Positions 19,201 through 26,682 of a DNA stretch of 38,493 bases are shown here, in pieces. The notes beneath the pieces are model-generated. The model saw only the letters and a program-made list of their open reading frames with translations. It ran no database searches and was not told the DNA's origin. The stretch comes from a virus (lineage: Duplodnaviria; Caudoviricetes), in IMG/VR virus record IMGVR_UViG_3300037307_000164, positions 1 to 38,493 of that record, one strand, 5' to 3'. Numbering within the stretch: the first letter of the stretch is position 1; the number at the start of each line of letters is the position of its first letter. Made by a program: the position numbers and the translations under genes.

Positions 19201-19897
19201 TTTTGCTGGGCGGGTACCCGCAACGGCGACGCTGTATCCGGTGTGGACTCCATCGGGATCGCCGATTATTAGTACGCCGGGGATCAGCAAGGGGGCGATT
19301 ACATTGATTCGTACATCTGTGGCTAACGCCGCGATGGGCATTCATACGTACATTGATAATGACTACCTGCCTAAAATCTCCACGTCTGGACAGCCATTCC
19401 CTCGATATCTTTTCACAGCATCTGAACTTGAGGATATCCCAGACGGAGCGGATCTTCTCGTTTCGTTTGCTGGCACGGTCGAGGCGCAAGCTGTTACGTA
19501 CAGCTATACAGGCACGTGGAAGCCGGTAAACGCGGATTGCAACATCTACATTATCAAGTCAGACAGTGACTATGCGACCACGCCGTTCCCGTATTACGCC
19601 TACACAACAGGGCTGCCCAATGATCTAGTGAGGGCGTCAAATCACGGATACAACGCAATGACCGTTGCTGTACCGCGCGCATCAGTTGAAGGATGGGATT
19701 ACAACAATGGGAGTCCGATAATACGGAGCGAGTATGGACCGCAACGATTCGGTTTTTATGTGTCGGCGACGTTTCCATTCCGCGCCGGATACACTACTGG
19801 AGTAGTCATCGGGGCGGTGACCGGTGGCTCAGACCCATACCACCAGTACACCCTACAGCCCGGCGCAACCCTGCGAATTGAGGTCATCAAGAGGTAA
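16229..19897 (+). CDS. Tail tip / central fibre protein (J-like, host specificity)
   Basis: 1222 aa. Motifs R..VYG..RV.G, GLPNISAIVKGKKVYDPR, WSSNPALC..DYL, FNCVRGTF and AQRLAK. An FN3-like segment and a CBM-like 'NLVPNSTFENG...W' segment follow. Confidence 0.88.
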   Translation: MPQAIGMAIVYATGAAGAAAVNALAATAVALGTTGAALLGHGAIMVAAAGYGAYQKRRAKKAYNASLEDRTQTVRGSEEPRTFVYGTTRVNGLLTYAATHGTDRDKVSMILTLGGHPFDSYIGFMSDDYFIGPTVAPDYWAPAGSVLSRTATDYRTYETATVSTGAGYQIDLTSQIPTGGSLQGVDGVAYRFEYVYGTGEGDPITQSASVTLVPPVQAPDTRTPQWSISGNVITLLSTAAETAGYKLVVSFRVSFVDKHVAKLRWYLGSESDPNLIDSYLISETAALRGPWTSAHLGHEIPRVHCTYTWDETVFANGLPNISAIVKGKKVYDPRQDSTNGGSGSQRADTASTWLWSSNPALCTADYLRAACGATSSEIHWPTVISSANVCDEWVQCQETLTISGITKANPAKVTTSTAHKLVAGQVVWIDAAGMTQIDSDTAGRRTVTAIVSDTEFTVDIDSTGFGTFTSGTCHRDQLRFTCNGILSSEADVKSNLEALLSSMGGMISFSGGLFYINVGAYKAPVLTLDEGDLADGQITLQARSSRADLFNCVRGTFRNPAKLYAIDEFPPYEGTYYITTEDNNEKVFEDFEFPMTDDSVAAQRLAKLALFRSRLSISLEATWKIYAYAVQPGDTVRLKIPRYGWDTIDSNQGKEFRVIDREFVDLSTVRLLLQEEDADVYSWTYGDVVVSQLPPKTNLPRGNQVAPPTNVGLRTDASTFYIQPNGGVIAYAELTWTPPVTTDAFVRVRWKRMIDLEYWKIDTPVGAKSVRLEGLGPNESIKVYLYAINSIGAQSAIVDIATYTTSPDLPVSGEVAPPSANLVPNSTFENGAQRWSFEGIWGGGATGTGRIDPPSYHNAALTIPGPVRNAVCTVSSTYTGNDAAAVWQSEAFAVTPGETMVAFAELHCVGTNAAAGVAFYTTTGAYIGNLFGTLVDKDLDGNAAEWAIPGNYTTSRVRGVVPAGAQVARFTVWATTGWWSNLQKYVSVYQPFAGRVPATATLYPVWTPSGSPIISTPGISKGAITLIRTSVANAAMGIHTYIDNDYLPKISTSGQPFPRYLFTASELEDIPDGADLLVSFAGTVEAQAVTYSYTGTWKPVNADCNIYIIKSDSDYATTPFPYYAYTTGLPNDLVRASNHGYNAMTVAVPRASVEGWDYNNGSPIIRSEYGPQRFGFYVSATFPFRAGYTTGVVIGAVTGGSDPYHQYTLQPGATLRIEVIKR

Positions 19898-19903
19898 CCG
19901 CAC

Positions 19904-21991
19904 ATGGCAAAGACCGTCACAGTCACGCCCGCAAACCCGACACAGGCCGCCGGCAAGACTGGCGTGAAGGCGGTGGTATTCGGCACACCGACCGGCAACA
20001 ACACGGTCGGCACCGTCCACAAGCAGCTTTCGTCGCAGTCGTTCGACGCTAACGGCACGCTGACGCTCGATGTAGACGACGTTGGTGCGTTGTCGGCCGG
20101 CACGGCTGTGCTGGTCTACGCAGAGAACTCGTCAGAGTCGCTGTCTGGGCTGTTCTCTACCGTTGTCGTAACGACTGCGACATCTCTTGACCCGACGCTG
20201 TGGTCGGCGAACGGCAATAGCGTGTCGTCCGTGCCGGTGTCCGTGCCGGGCGGTACGGCCGCGTCCGGTGACTCGCTCTACATCGTCCTCGGCATCGCTG
20301 ACACGGGCGGCACGACACACAATATCACGGCGGATAGCGCGGCCAGTAACGGGTTCACGAAGATCGTTGACGTGCTGTATTCCGGTTCGCGCGGCCGGCT
20401 TTACGTCTATGAAAAGACGCTGTCTAGCACGACCACGACGCTGACCAATGTTTCGCTCTCCGAAACATCTGCTAACTACGTTGTCGCCGTCATCAAGGCG
20501 CGCGGCGGGCGCACGCAGCCTGTCGGATTGCAAACGGCAGAGTTCGCCGAGGCGTTCGTCGCGCCGGGCATTCAAGCGTCCAACGACGACTCGACGTTGC
20601 TGCGGATCGGGTTCGCGCACAACTGGCCGCGCTGGTACGACAGCCCGCCGGCGATGACGGAACTGGCCGAGGTTCGCGGCGCGAGCAACCTGTCGGCGGT
20701 TGTTGCGTGGCAGCGAGTCGACGCGGGCTACCAGCAACCCGGATCGTTTATCCCGCACGATACGTCTGCCTCTGGTCCGGTTACGGGTGACGAATATTCG
20801 GCTGTGTCCATCGTTCTCGACGGGACTGGGGGCGCGCCACCACCAACCAGCCCCAAGTTTCTGTTCGGCTCGCACCAGCACGGTCGGGCTAGCGGTTTTG
20901 AACGACTGAGCGGCGGATCGCATTTCAACTACAGCGTCATTCGGTCGCACAACGTCGAGTACCTGCAACGCAACGGCCAGCACATGGGGTGGTGGGTTGG
21001 GCGCAGCGGCGGCATCAATCAATACGACTGGGGGTTCTTCGACGACTGGTGCGACTACCACAAGGCGAAGGGCCGGCGGTTGCTGTGGAACTGTTTTGGC
21101 AATCCAACGTGGCTGGCGCGGAACACGACCGAGGACGCGTATGGTCTGGCCGGCGGATGCTCATACGTTACACAGGCAAATCGGCCGGCTTATCGCCAAT
21201 TCGTCGCCGACACGGTTGCGCATCTGCTGGCAACGCATGGCAGCGACTTCCTCGTCGGCGTCGAGGCTTGGAACGAGCCAATCGGTGGCGAGACAAGCGA
21301 CAACTCACAATTCCTCAAGGCGTCAGGGTACGACAACGACTGGAGTCTGTCGTCCATCCAGCAGTGCATTGCGGACATCACGAAGGACGTGTATCTCGGC
21401 GTGCGCGCAGTTAGCTCGACGGTCCCGGTAATTGGTTTCGCTCACGCATGGTGGGGGTCGCCAATCGATAAGATCATCGCCGCCAAGACGACCGAGGGTG
21501 AGCCGATCTGGCAATTCTGCGATGCGTTCTCGTTCCACCCGTACGGCATGTCTGATCAGATCGACCCGGACAACGGCGACGGCCGTTCACTCACAGCGCT
21601 GAAGGCGGACATCATCGCCAGCTTGCCGTCATCGCAGCAAAACAAGCCTCTGTGGGCAACAGAGTGTGCGATGCCAGAACTGTGGAGCACCAGCATGGCG
21701 TCCTCGACGTGGTTCATCAATCTGTACGACAGCGACAAGGCCGCGCTCGCGCAGGCACAGTACGACTGGGTGCAGGAGTTCAAGTCGGGCGGCTGGCAGG
21801 CGCTAATTACCTATTCGTGCGATGGTGGATACGACCCGGCGTATAGCAACGGTACGTGGTATACCGGCGGTGACCACGGCAGCGGTTACCAGTTCATGGG
21901 TATCTCCTCCGACGACGATAGCGGCACGCCGCAGACTGTCATTGTCAACGCGTGGACGTCGGCGAACACAGATCTGCATTCGTGGGGGTAA
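19904..21991 (+). CDS. Modular protein with C-terminal clan GH-A glycoside hydrolase (GH39/GH5-like)
   Basis: YDWGFFD, G.P.W, EAWNEP (acid/base), DAFSFHPY and LWATEC (nucleophile). Thr/Ser-rich beta domains at the N-terminus; no signal peptide. Confidence 0.75.
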   Translation: MAKTVTVTPANPTQAAGKTGVKAVVFGTPTGNNTVGTVHKQLSSQSFDANGTLTLDVDDVGALSAGTAVLVYAENSSESLSGLFSTVVVTTATSLDPTLWSANGNSVSSVPVSVPGGTAASGDSLYIVLGIADTGGTTHNITADSAASNGFTKIVDVLYSGSRGRLYVYEKTLSSTTTTLTNVSLSETSANYVVAVIKARGGRTQPVGLQTAEFAEAFVAPGIQASNDDSTLLRIGFAHNWPRWYDSPPAMTELAEVRGASNLSAVVAWQRVDAGYQQPGSFIPHDTSASGPVTGDEYSAVSIVLDGTGGAPPPTSPKFLFGSHQHGRASGFERLSGGSHFNYSVIRSHNVEYLQRNGQHMGWWVGRSGGINQYDWGFFDDWCDYHKAKGRRLLWNCFGNPTWLARNTTEDAYGLAGGCSYVTQANRPAYRQFVADTVAHLLATHGSDFLVGVEAWNEPIGGETSDNSQFLKASGYDNDWSLSSIQQCIADITKDVYLGVRAVSSTVPVIGFAHAWWGSPIDKIIAAKTTEGEPIWQFCDAFSFHPYGMSDQIDPDNGDGRSLTALKADIIASLPSSQQNKPLWATECAMPELWSTSMASSTWFINLYDSDKAALAQAQYDWVQEFKSGGWQALITYSCDGGYDPAYSNGTWYTGGDHGSGYQFMGISSDDDSGTPQTVIVNAWTSANTDLHSWG

Positions 21992-21994
21992 GCG

Positions 21995-22897
21995 ATGGCA
22001 TTCACTAGTGTTGAATGGGTGGCCAAGCCGCCGGTCAATTGGGGGTCGACAGTTTCGACTGGTGCGCCACCAGAGATCCTCACCACGACGCTGGCCGACG
22101 CGGCGGTCAACGATACGGCGACCCAGACAATTGCGTCGACCGGCTCGACGCCGAAAACGCATACCATCACCAGCGGATCGCTACCGCCGGGACGCTCGCT
22201 GGCCGCCAGCACTGGCATCATCTCCGGCACCTACACAACCGCCGGCGTGTACGGATTCACCATTACGGTGACCAATCAATACGGCAGCGACGCGCAGGGC
22301 TACACGCAGACTGTGGTCGCATCAGTAACCGCGCCGACGATCACGACAACGACGCTACCCGGCGCGGTACAGAACGTCGCCTACAACAGCGGCGAGATCG
22401 TAGTCACCGGCACCGGGCCGTTCACGTTTGCGGTTCAGTCGGGAACGCTGCCAGCCGGTCTGTCGTTAATTGGCGCAGTAATCGCGGGCACACCGACCGG
22501 AACAGGCAGCAGCACGTTCACGATTCGCGCGACTGGCCCTAGCGGTGCGTACGACGACCAGTCGCTGACCATTGATGTCACCGCAGCCGCCAACGTCACC
22601 ACGATCACCAGCACCGGCTTGCCGACAGGGACGGTCAATATCGCGTACAGCTACACCGTCACAGCAACAGGTTCGACGCCGAGGACGTGGACGGCGACCG
22701 GCCTGCCGCCGGGGCTGACCATCAACAGCAGTAGCGGTGCAATCACCGGCACGCCAACTCAAGCGGGCGTGTTTTCGGTTTCTGTGACCGCAACGCATAC
22801 AACCGCAGGGACTGACACCGAGACGTTCCATCTAGAGATCCAGTCTGCTGCTGCCACTGTCGCCACGTCGCCATGGTCGCGTTATTTTTCTCCATGA
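21995..22897 (+). CDS. Protein with three putative Ig (He_PIG-like) domains
   Basis: Three repeats of ITTTTLP....G..Y...GSLPPGL.L...TG.ISGTPT..G...FT. Confidence 0.85.
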   Translation: MAFTSVEWVAKPPVNWGSTVSTGAPPEILTTTLADAAVNDTATQTIASTGSTPKTHTITSGSLPPGRSLAASTGIISGTYTTAGVYGFTITVTNQYGSDAQGYTQTVVASVTAPTITTTTLPGAVQNVAYNSGEIVVTGTGPFTFAVQSGTLPAGLSLIGAVIAGTPTGTGSSTFTIRATGPSGAYDDQSLTIDVTAAANVTTITSTGLPTGTVNIAYSYTVTATGSTPRTWTATGLPPGLTINSSSGAITGTPTQAGVFSVSVTATHTTAGTDTETFHLEIQSAAATVATSPWSRYFSP

Positions 22898-22907
22898 GAC
22901 TAACATC

Positions 22908-23240
22908 ATGATTCAAGCCAACAACAGCCGCGAGACCACATGGGAACAACGCATCTGGACTATCGCGCAGATTTCGTTAGTCGGCGCGATGATGTGGGTC
23001 GCATCCACCGTGATGGCGTTGACGCAGGCAGTCACGCGGATCGAGGTGCGGCTTGAGACTGCGGGCAGCCGGCTGTCTGCGCTGGAGACCGCCGCGACCA
23101 CCGGCATGGATGACCGATACCGTGGTCGCGATGCCGCGCGGGACTGGGACATTCAGGACAAGCGCGACAAAACGCAGGACGACAGGCTGAACGCGCAGGC
23201 GGCGGCGATTCAGGATCTGCGCAATAGGATTGGCCGTTGA
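22908..23240 (+). CDS. Single-TM coiled-coil membrane protein (lysis-associated candidate)
   Basis: N-terminal hydrophobic helix (IWTIAQISLVGAMMWVASTVM) followed by heptads. Directly upstream of the endolysin. Confidence 0.55.
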   Translation: MIQANNSRETTWEQRIWTIAQISLVGAMMWVASTVMALTQAVTRIEVRLETAGSRLSALETAATTGMDDRYRGRDAARDWDIQDKRDKTQDDRLNAQAAAIQDLRNRIGR

Positions 23241-23269
23241 GCGGTGCGTGAGGCAATGTGGAGATGACC

Positions 23270-24331
23270 ATGCAGATCTCGGAGTACGGGCTAGAGCAGA
23301 TCCGCAAGCACGAGGGGTTGCGGCTGGTCGCGTATCAGGATGTGGCTGGCGTCTGGACGGTCGGCTACGGGCACACAACGGACGTGTACCCCGGCCAGAC
23401 CATCGACCGGTCGACGGCCGAGGCGATGCTCGCATTGGATGTTGGGACCGCTGCCGATGCGGTGCGGCGTCACGTCCGGGTGCCGCTGAGTCAAGGCCAA
23501 TTCGATGCGCTGGTGTCGTGGGTGTTCAATCTCGGCGAGGGCAAGTTAGCGAGCAGCACCCTGCTACGCAAGCTCAACGACGGCGACTACTCGGGCGCCG
23601 CGGCCGAGTTCCCGCGTTGGGTGCTTGCCGGGGGCGAACAACAACCGGGGCTAGTCAAGCGCCGCAAGTTAGAGCGCACGATGTTTGAATCCGGTGTCGA
23701 TAGTCGCCCCAACGATGCATTCGCCGGCATGGATGTCCCAGTCAATTCACCAGTCACAGCACCGAGGAGCACTCCCGTGTCCCCAGCACTCGTTCCAGCG
23801 TTGCTCAACATTCTGTCGACGTTCGCGCCGCAACTGGTCAGGATCTTCACCGACAAAAACAAGTCGGTGCCTGAGCGCAACGTCGAAGCCGGCATGAAGG
23901 TGCTTGAGATCGCCAAAGAAGTCGCCGGGCTGCCGTCTCCGGCCGCAGCGGTCGAGAAGATCGAATCGTTGCCGGAACTCCAGACCGCGTTCAAGCAGGC
24001 GGTCGAGTCGCGCTGGTACGAACTGACCGAAGCCGCCGGTGGTGGCATCGAGGGGGCTCGCGCGTTCGCTATGCGGCAGTCCGAGGGCAACGACTGGCGC
24101 GCCGTCGGCTACGCGGTGGTCATCGCCGTGCTGTCGCTGCTGATCGTTGGTGGCGGCGGCGCGCTGATCTGGGTGCTGCTGACCGATCCGGCGACCGATA
24201 AGGAACAACGCGGGATGCTGATCGGGGCGGTTGTCGCGCTGATCTCGGCCGTGGTGTCGTTCTTCTTCGGATCGTCGGTGTCGTCGCGGGCTAAGGACAC
24301 CGCATTGGTCCGTGAGTTGGGCAACCGATGA
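23270..24331 (+). CDS. Endolysin (GH24 lysozyme) fused to a holin-like membrane domain
   Basis: HEGLRLVAYQDVAGVWTVGYGHT (E-x8-D-x5-T triad), QGQFDALVSWVFNLG and GLVKRRKLE. The C-terminus has two TM helices ending in FFFGSS...KD. GGAG before ATG 23270. Confidence 0.88.
   Translation: MQISEYGLEQIRKHEGLRLVAYQDVAGVWTVGYGHTTDVYPGQTIDRSTAEAMLALDVGTAADAVRRHVRVPLSQGQFDALVSWVFNLGEGKLASSTLLRKLNDGDYSGAAAEFPRWVLAGGEQQPGLVKRRKLERTMFESGVDSRPNDAFAGMDVPVNSPVTAPRSTPVSPALVPALLNILSTFAPQLVRIFTDKNKSVPERNVEAGMKVLEIAKEVAGLPSPAAAVEKIESLPELQTAFKQAVESRWYELTEAAGGGIEGARAFAMRQSEGNDWRAVGYAVVIAVLSLLIVGGGGALIWVLLTDPATDKEQRGMLIGAVVALISAVVSFFFGSSVSSRAKDTALVRELGNR
23777..24331 (+). CDS. Nested in-frame holin-like protein (MSPALVPALLNIL...)
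   Basis: GAGGAG at 23764-23769, 7-nt spacer, in-frame GTG at 23777, exactly at the end of the Pro-rich linker. Confidence 0.55.
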   Translation: MSPALVPALLNILSTFAPQLVRIFTDKNKSVPERNVEAGMKVLEIAKEVAGLPSPAAAVEKIESLPELQTAFKQAVESRWYELTEAAGGGIEGARAFAMRQSEGNDWRAVGYAVVIAVLSLLIVGGGGALIWVLLTDPATDKEQRGMLIGAVVALISAVVSFFFGSSVSSRAKDTALVRELGNR

Positions 24332-24441
24332 AGCGGGTGCTTGCATGGCTCGTGATCGTGCTGTTCGGTGCCGTGGCCTTCGCCGGCGTGTTCCTGCTCG
24401 CCGACATCATGGTTGCATTGATCTATGGACACCTGCGATGA
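24328..24441 (+). CDS. 37-aa single-TM peptide (not in ORF track)
   Basis: MKRVLAWLVIVLFGAVAFAGVFLLADIMVALIYGHLR, with ATGA overlaps at both ends. Confidence 0.6.
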   Translation: MKRVLAWLVIVLFGAVAFAGVFLLADIMVALIYGHLR

Positions 24442-24629
24442 AACGGCGTGATGCGTGGATCGGGATTGCACTGGTTTTGTTGTCGTGGGTCGCGGCGTTC
24501 CTGCTCGTTACGTACCTGTCCAGTTATCTGACACAATTGCATTACGATTCCTGCCGCAAGTGGAACCAGCGGCCGTTATGGGCATTCACCTGCCCGCACT
24601 CAACCAAGCACGGAGCCAAACGCACATGA
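24438..24629 (+). CDS. 63-aa single-TM protein with two Cys in its soluble tail
   Basis: MKRRDAWIGIALVLLSWVAAFLLVTYL...SCRKW...TCPH, with ATGA overlaps at both ends. Confidence 0.6.
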   Translation: MKRRDAWIGIALVLLSWVAAFLLVTYLSSYLTQLHYDSCRKWNQRPLWAFTCPHSTKHGAKRT

Positions 24630-25105
24630 GCAACATCGTCGCAATCCTCGGCGCGCTTGCCGCACAAGCAACGGCGCACGCAGCGGAAGCCGCGCAACGC
24701 CACACCGATCTCACCGCACAACTCGCGGCTCTTGCCGCACGACTGGAGAACCTCGACATGGCTGGAATGACCCCGGAACAGACCGCTGCACTCGCGCAGG
24801 CCACGGCCGACGTGGCGGACCTCAAAACCAAGCTCGCGGCATTGGAGAACGACCTCGCCTCGTCGCGCAGCGTCGTCGGCGCGCTGAACGAGTCTGTCGG
24901 CACCGCCGGCAGCAACATCGCCGCGCTGCAGGCGACCGCAGCCTCGTTGCAGCAGCAGATCACCGACGTGGTGGCGCAGGCGCAGTCGGCCGCGTCGGCA
25001 CACAGCGCGCTAGAGCAGGCGGTGAACACGCTGACCAGCGAGGTCAACGTCCTGAAAGCGGGCGTTGGCGACATCGGCGCGCTGCCCCCGCTGCCGACGA
25101 TCTGA
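24626..25105 (+). CDS. Ala-rich long coiled-coil protein
   Basis: ATGA overlap at 24626. Continuous heptads (LAALAARLENL...LQQQITDV...LTSEVNVLKA). Confidence 0.7.
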   Translation: MSNIVAILGALAAQATAHAAEAAQRHTDLTAQLAALAARLENLDMAGMTPEQTAALAQATADVADLKTKLAALENDLASSRSVVGALNESVGTAGSNIAALQATAASLQQQITDVVAQAQSAASAHSALEQAVNTLTSEVNVLKAGVGDIGALPPLPTI

Positions 25106-25107
25106 TC

Positions 25108-25296
25108 GTGGCTGCGTGGTGGCTGAATCGGGCGACGACGTTGGGCCAGCCAGCGTCGAAGCCGGCTGCCGACCCGACGCTGACCGCTCGCGTCGAGCAA
25201 CTGGAGCGTCGGGTGGCTGCGCTGGAAGCCGCGCTCGGCGATGTGTCGAAACTCTCAACCCTAGAGGTGGTCAATGGAAAAGTCGTGCTGCGGTGA
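25108..25296 (+). CDS. Small coiled-coil protein
   Basis: LTARVEQLERRVAALEAAL heptads. Packs tightly after the previous gene. Confidence 0.55.
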   Translation: MAAWWLNRATTLGQPASKPAADPTLTARVEQLERRVAALEAALGDVSKLSTLEVVNGKVVLR

Positions 25297-25453
25297 CAAG
25301 CCGCACTGCCCGTATTGGGAGCGCGGCGACCGCGACAATTCGATGGTCATCGTAGCCCTAGAGCGCATGGCCGCCGACATGCTCAAAGCCGCAGCGGAAC
25401 TTGCTGCCGCCGCCCAGTCCCTACGGCGCAACGATGACCGGTGCCGCCGATGA
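25274..25453 (+). CDS. 59-aa protein with Cys/His-rich N-terminus (not in ORF track)
   Basis: GAGGTGG RBS. MEKSCCGDKPHCPYWERGDRDNSMVIVALERMAADMLKAAAELAAAAQSLRRNDDRCRR. ATGA overlap with the next ORF. Confidence 0.5.
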   Translation: MEKSCCGDKPHCPYWERGDRDNSMVIVALERMAADMLKAAAELAAAAQSLRRNDDRCRR

Positions 25454-25587
25454 ACATCACCACGAAGATCACGCCGTGGTGGAAAACCATGCCGAAACCG
25501 GCCAAGCAGTTCACGCTGGCTGCGTTGCAGGCTTCCGCGAGCAAGGCGCTCGCATTGCGCCACAAGGCGCGTCGTCCTAACCAGTGA
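25450..25587 (+). CDS. 45-aa basic peptide (not in ORF track)
   Basis: MNITTKITPWWKTMPKPAKQFTLAALQASASKALALRHKARRPNQ. ATGA overlap; fills the gap up to the next RBS. Confidence 0.45.
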   Translation: MNITTKITPWWKTMPKPAKQFTLAALQASASKALALRHKARRPNQ

Positions 25588-25594
25588 GGTTCCA

Positions 25595-26113
25595 ATGCCC
25601 GCCAATGCATCTGATCGTCAAGCCACGTCCACCTACAACACGGACATCCACTCGATCTGCCGCCGGTACAATCGGTTTCTGGTCGAGGTGACCAAGAGCC
25701 AGTCCAGCGGCATCAGCTACACGCTGCCGTTCGACATGAATCGTCTGTCGACGTACATCTCGTCGATGCGCGCGTATCTCGCGTTCATCGTGTCGCAGCC
25801 GTTGCTGGACTGCCCCGAAACCGGCCCGACCGAGATGGCGCTACCCGAGAACCCGACCCTGCCCGTGCTGGAGAACGAGTCGGCCGCCGACGTGCTGCAA
25901 CTGATCGAGATCGCCCGCGACGAGATCAGCAACTCGCAGTCTAGCCGGATGCCGACGAACCTGATCCGCTTCGACTACGAGCGTCAGGTCAGCTACCTCG
26001 ACAAGATCGACGCGCTGATTGCGTACATCCTCGCTCAGGAGCCGCTCGATCTGCCCGAGTCGTCGCCGCAGGCCGCCGTCACGGGTCCGGGCAATCGTGG
26101 CGTGAACATCTGA
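25595..26113 (+). CDS. Hypothetical protein with internal two-fold duplication
   Basis: GAGGT RBS and strong codon bias. Two copies of E..[KN]SQSS......FD..R...Y.........[FY]I..Q..LD.PE..P. Confidence 0.75.
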   Translation: MPANASDRQATSTYNTDIHSICRRYNRFLVEVTKSQSSGISYTLPFDMNRLSTYISSMRAYLAFIVSQPLLDCPETGPTEMALPENPTLPVLENESAADVLQLIEIARDEISNSQSSRMPTNLIRFDYERQVSYLDKIDALIAYILAQEPLDLPESSPQAAVTGPGNRGVNI

Positions 26114-26123
26114 GGTCGCCACG

Positions 26124-26306
26124 ATGGACCACGCCACCTTGATCGCCGCGATGCGCGACCTGCTGATGGAGTCGTTGGAGCGGGAGCGCCGGTTCATGCC
26201 GATGCCGTACCGCGACAACGGCTACGAATCACGCGCGTATCGAGCGGTCGAGGCGGCGGCGGTTGAACTAGTCAGGCTCAACGATCCTCGTGAGGAACGA
26301 ACATGA
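26124..26306 (+). CDS. Hypothetical protein
   Basis: GAGGT RBS and ATGA overlap with the next gene. Confidence 0.55.
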   Translation: MDHATLIAAMRDLLMESLERERRFMPMPYRDNGYESRAYRAVEAAAVELVRLNDPREERT

Positions 26307-26671
26307 TCAAGCTATTCGCGGTCGGCGCTGTCGCGCTGGCGCTTGGCGGTATCAGTGACGCTGCGCAGGCACAGACCTCGACGCAGTGGTCGCAACTGGT
26401 CAATTACGTCGGCCAGCAGTCCAAGCTGATTCTCGACCAGCGGTCGCGGATCGAGCGGCTGGAGGCTGAGAACGCGCAGCAGCGCACGACGATCAATGCC
26501 GCCATCGCTGCGCTTGATCAGGAACGGTGCCGGGTGTCGCGACTGACCGGCGTGATCAAGGACATGCTCAAAGACCCGCCGATCCTGCCGACGTGGGTCG
26601 AAAACGTGGCGTGCATCGATCTGAAGTCTCCCGTTCCGCCGTTCCCGCAGCCGTTGCCAGCGCCGCAGTAA
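26303..26671 (+). CDS. Exported coiled-coil protein
   Basis: GAGGA RBS. Sec signal MIKLFAVGAVALALGGISDAAQA, heptads, two Cys and a Pro-rich tail. Confidence 0.65.
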   Translation: MIKLFAVGAVALALGGISDAAQAQTSTQWSQLVNYVGQQSKLILDQRSRIERLEAENAQQRTTINAAIAALDQERCRVSRLTGVIKDMLKDPPILPTWVENVACIDLKSPVPPFPQPLPAPQ

Positions 26672-26682
26672 AGGCTGGCACG

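Noticed and set aside
19200-19897. Possible diversity-generating retroelement target at the J C-terminus
   Set aside because: No reverse transcriptase in the window, and I saw no template/variable repeat pair differing at adenines. It cannot be excluded outside the window.
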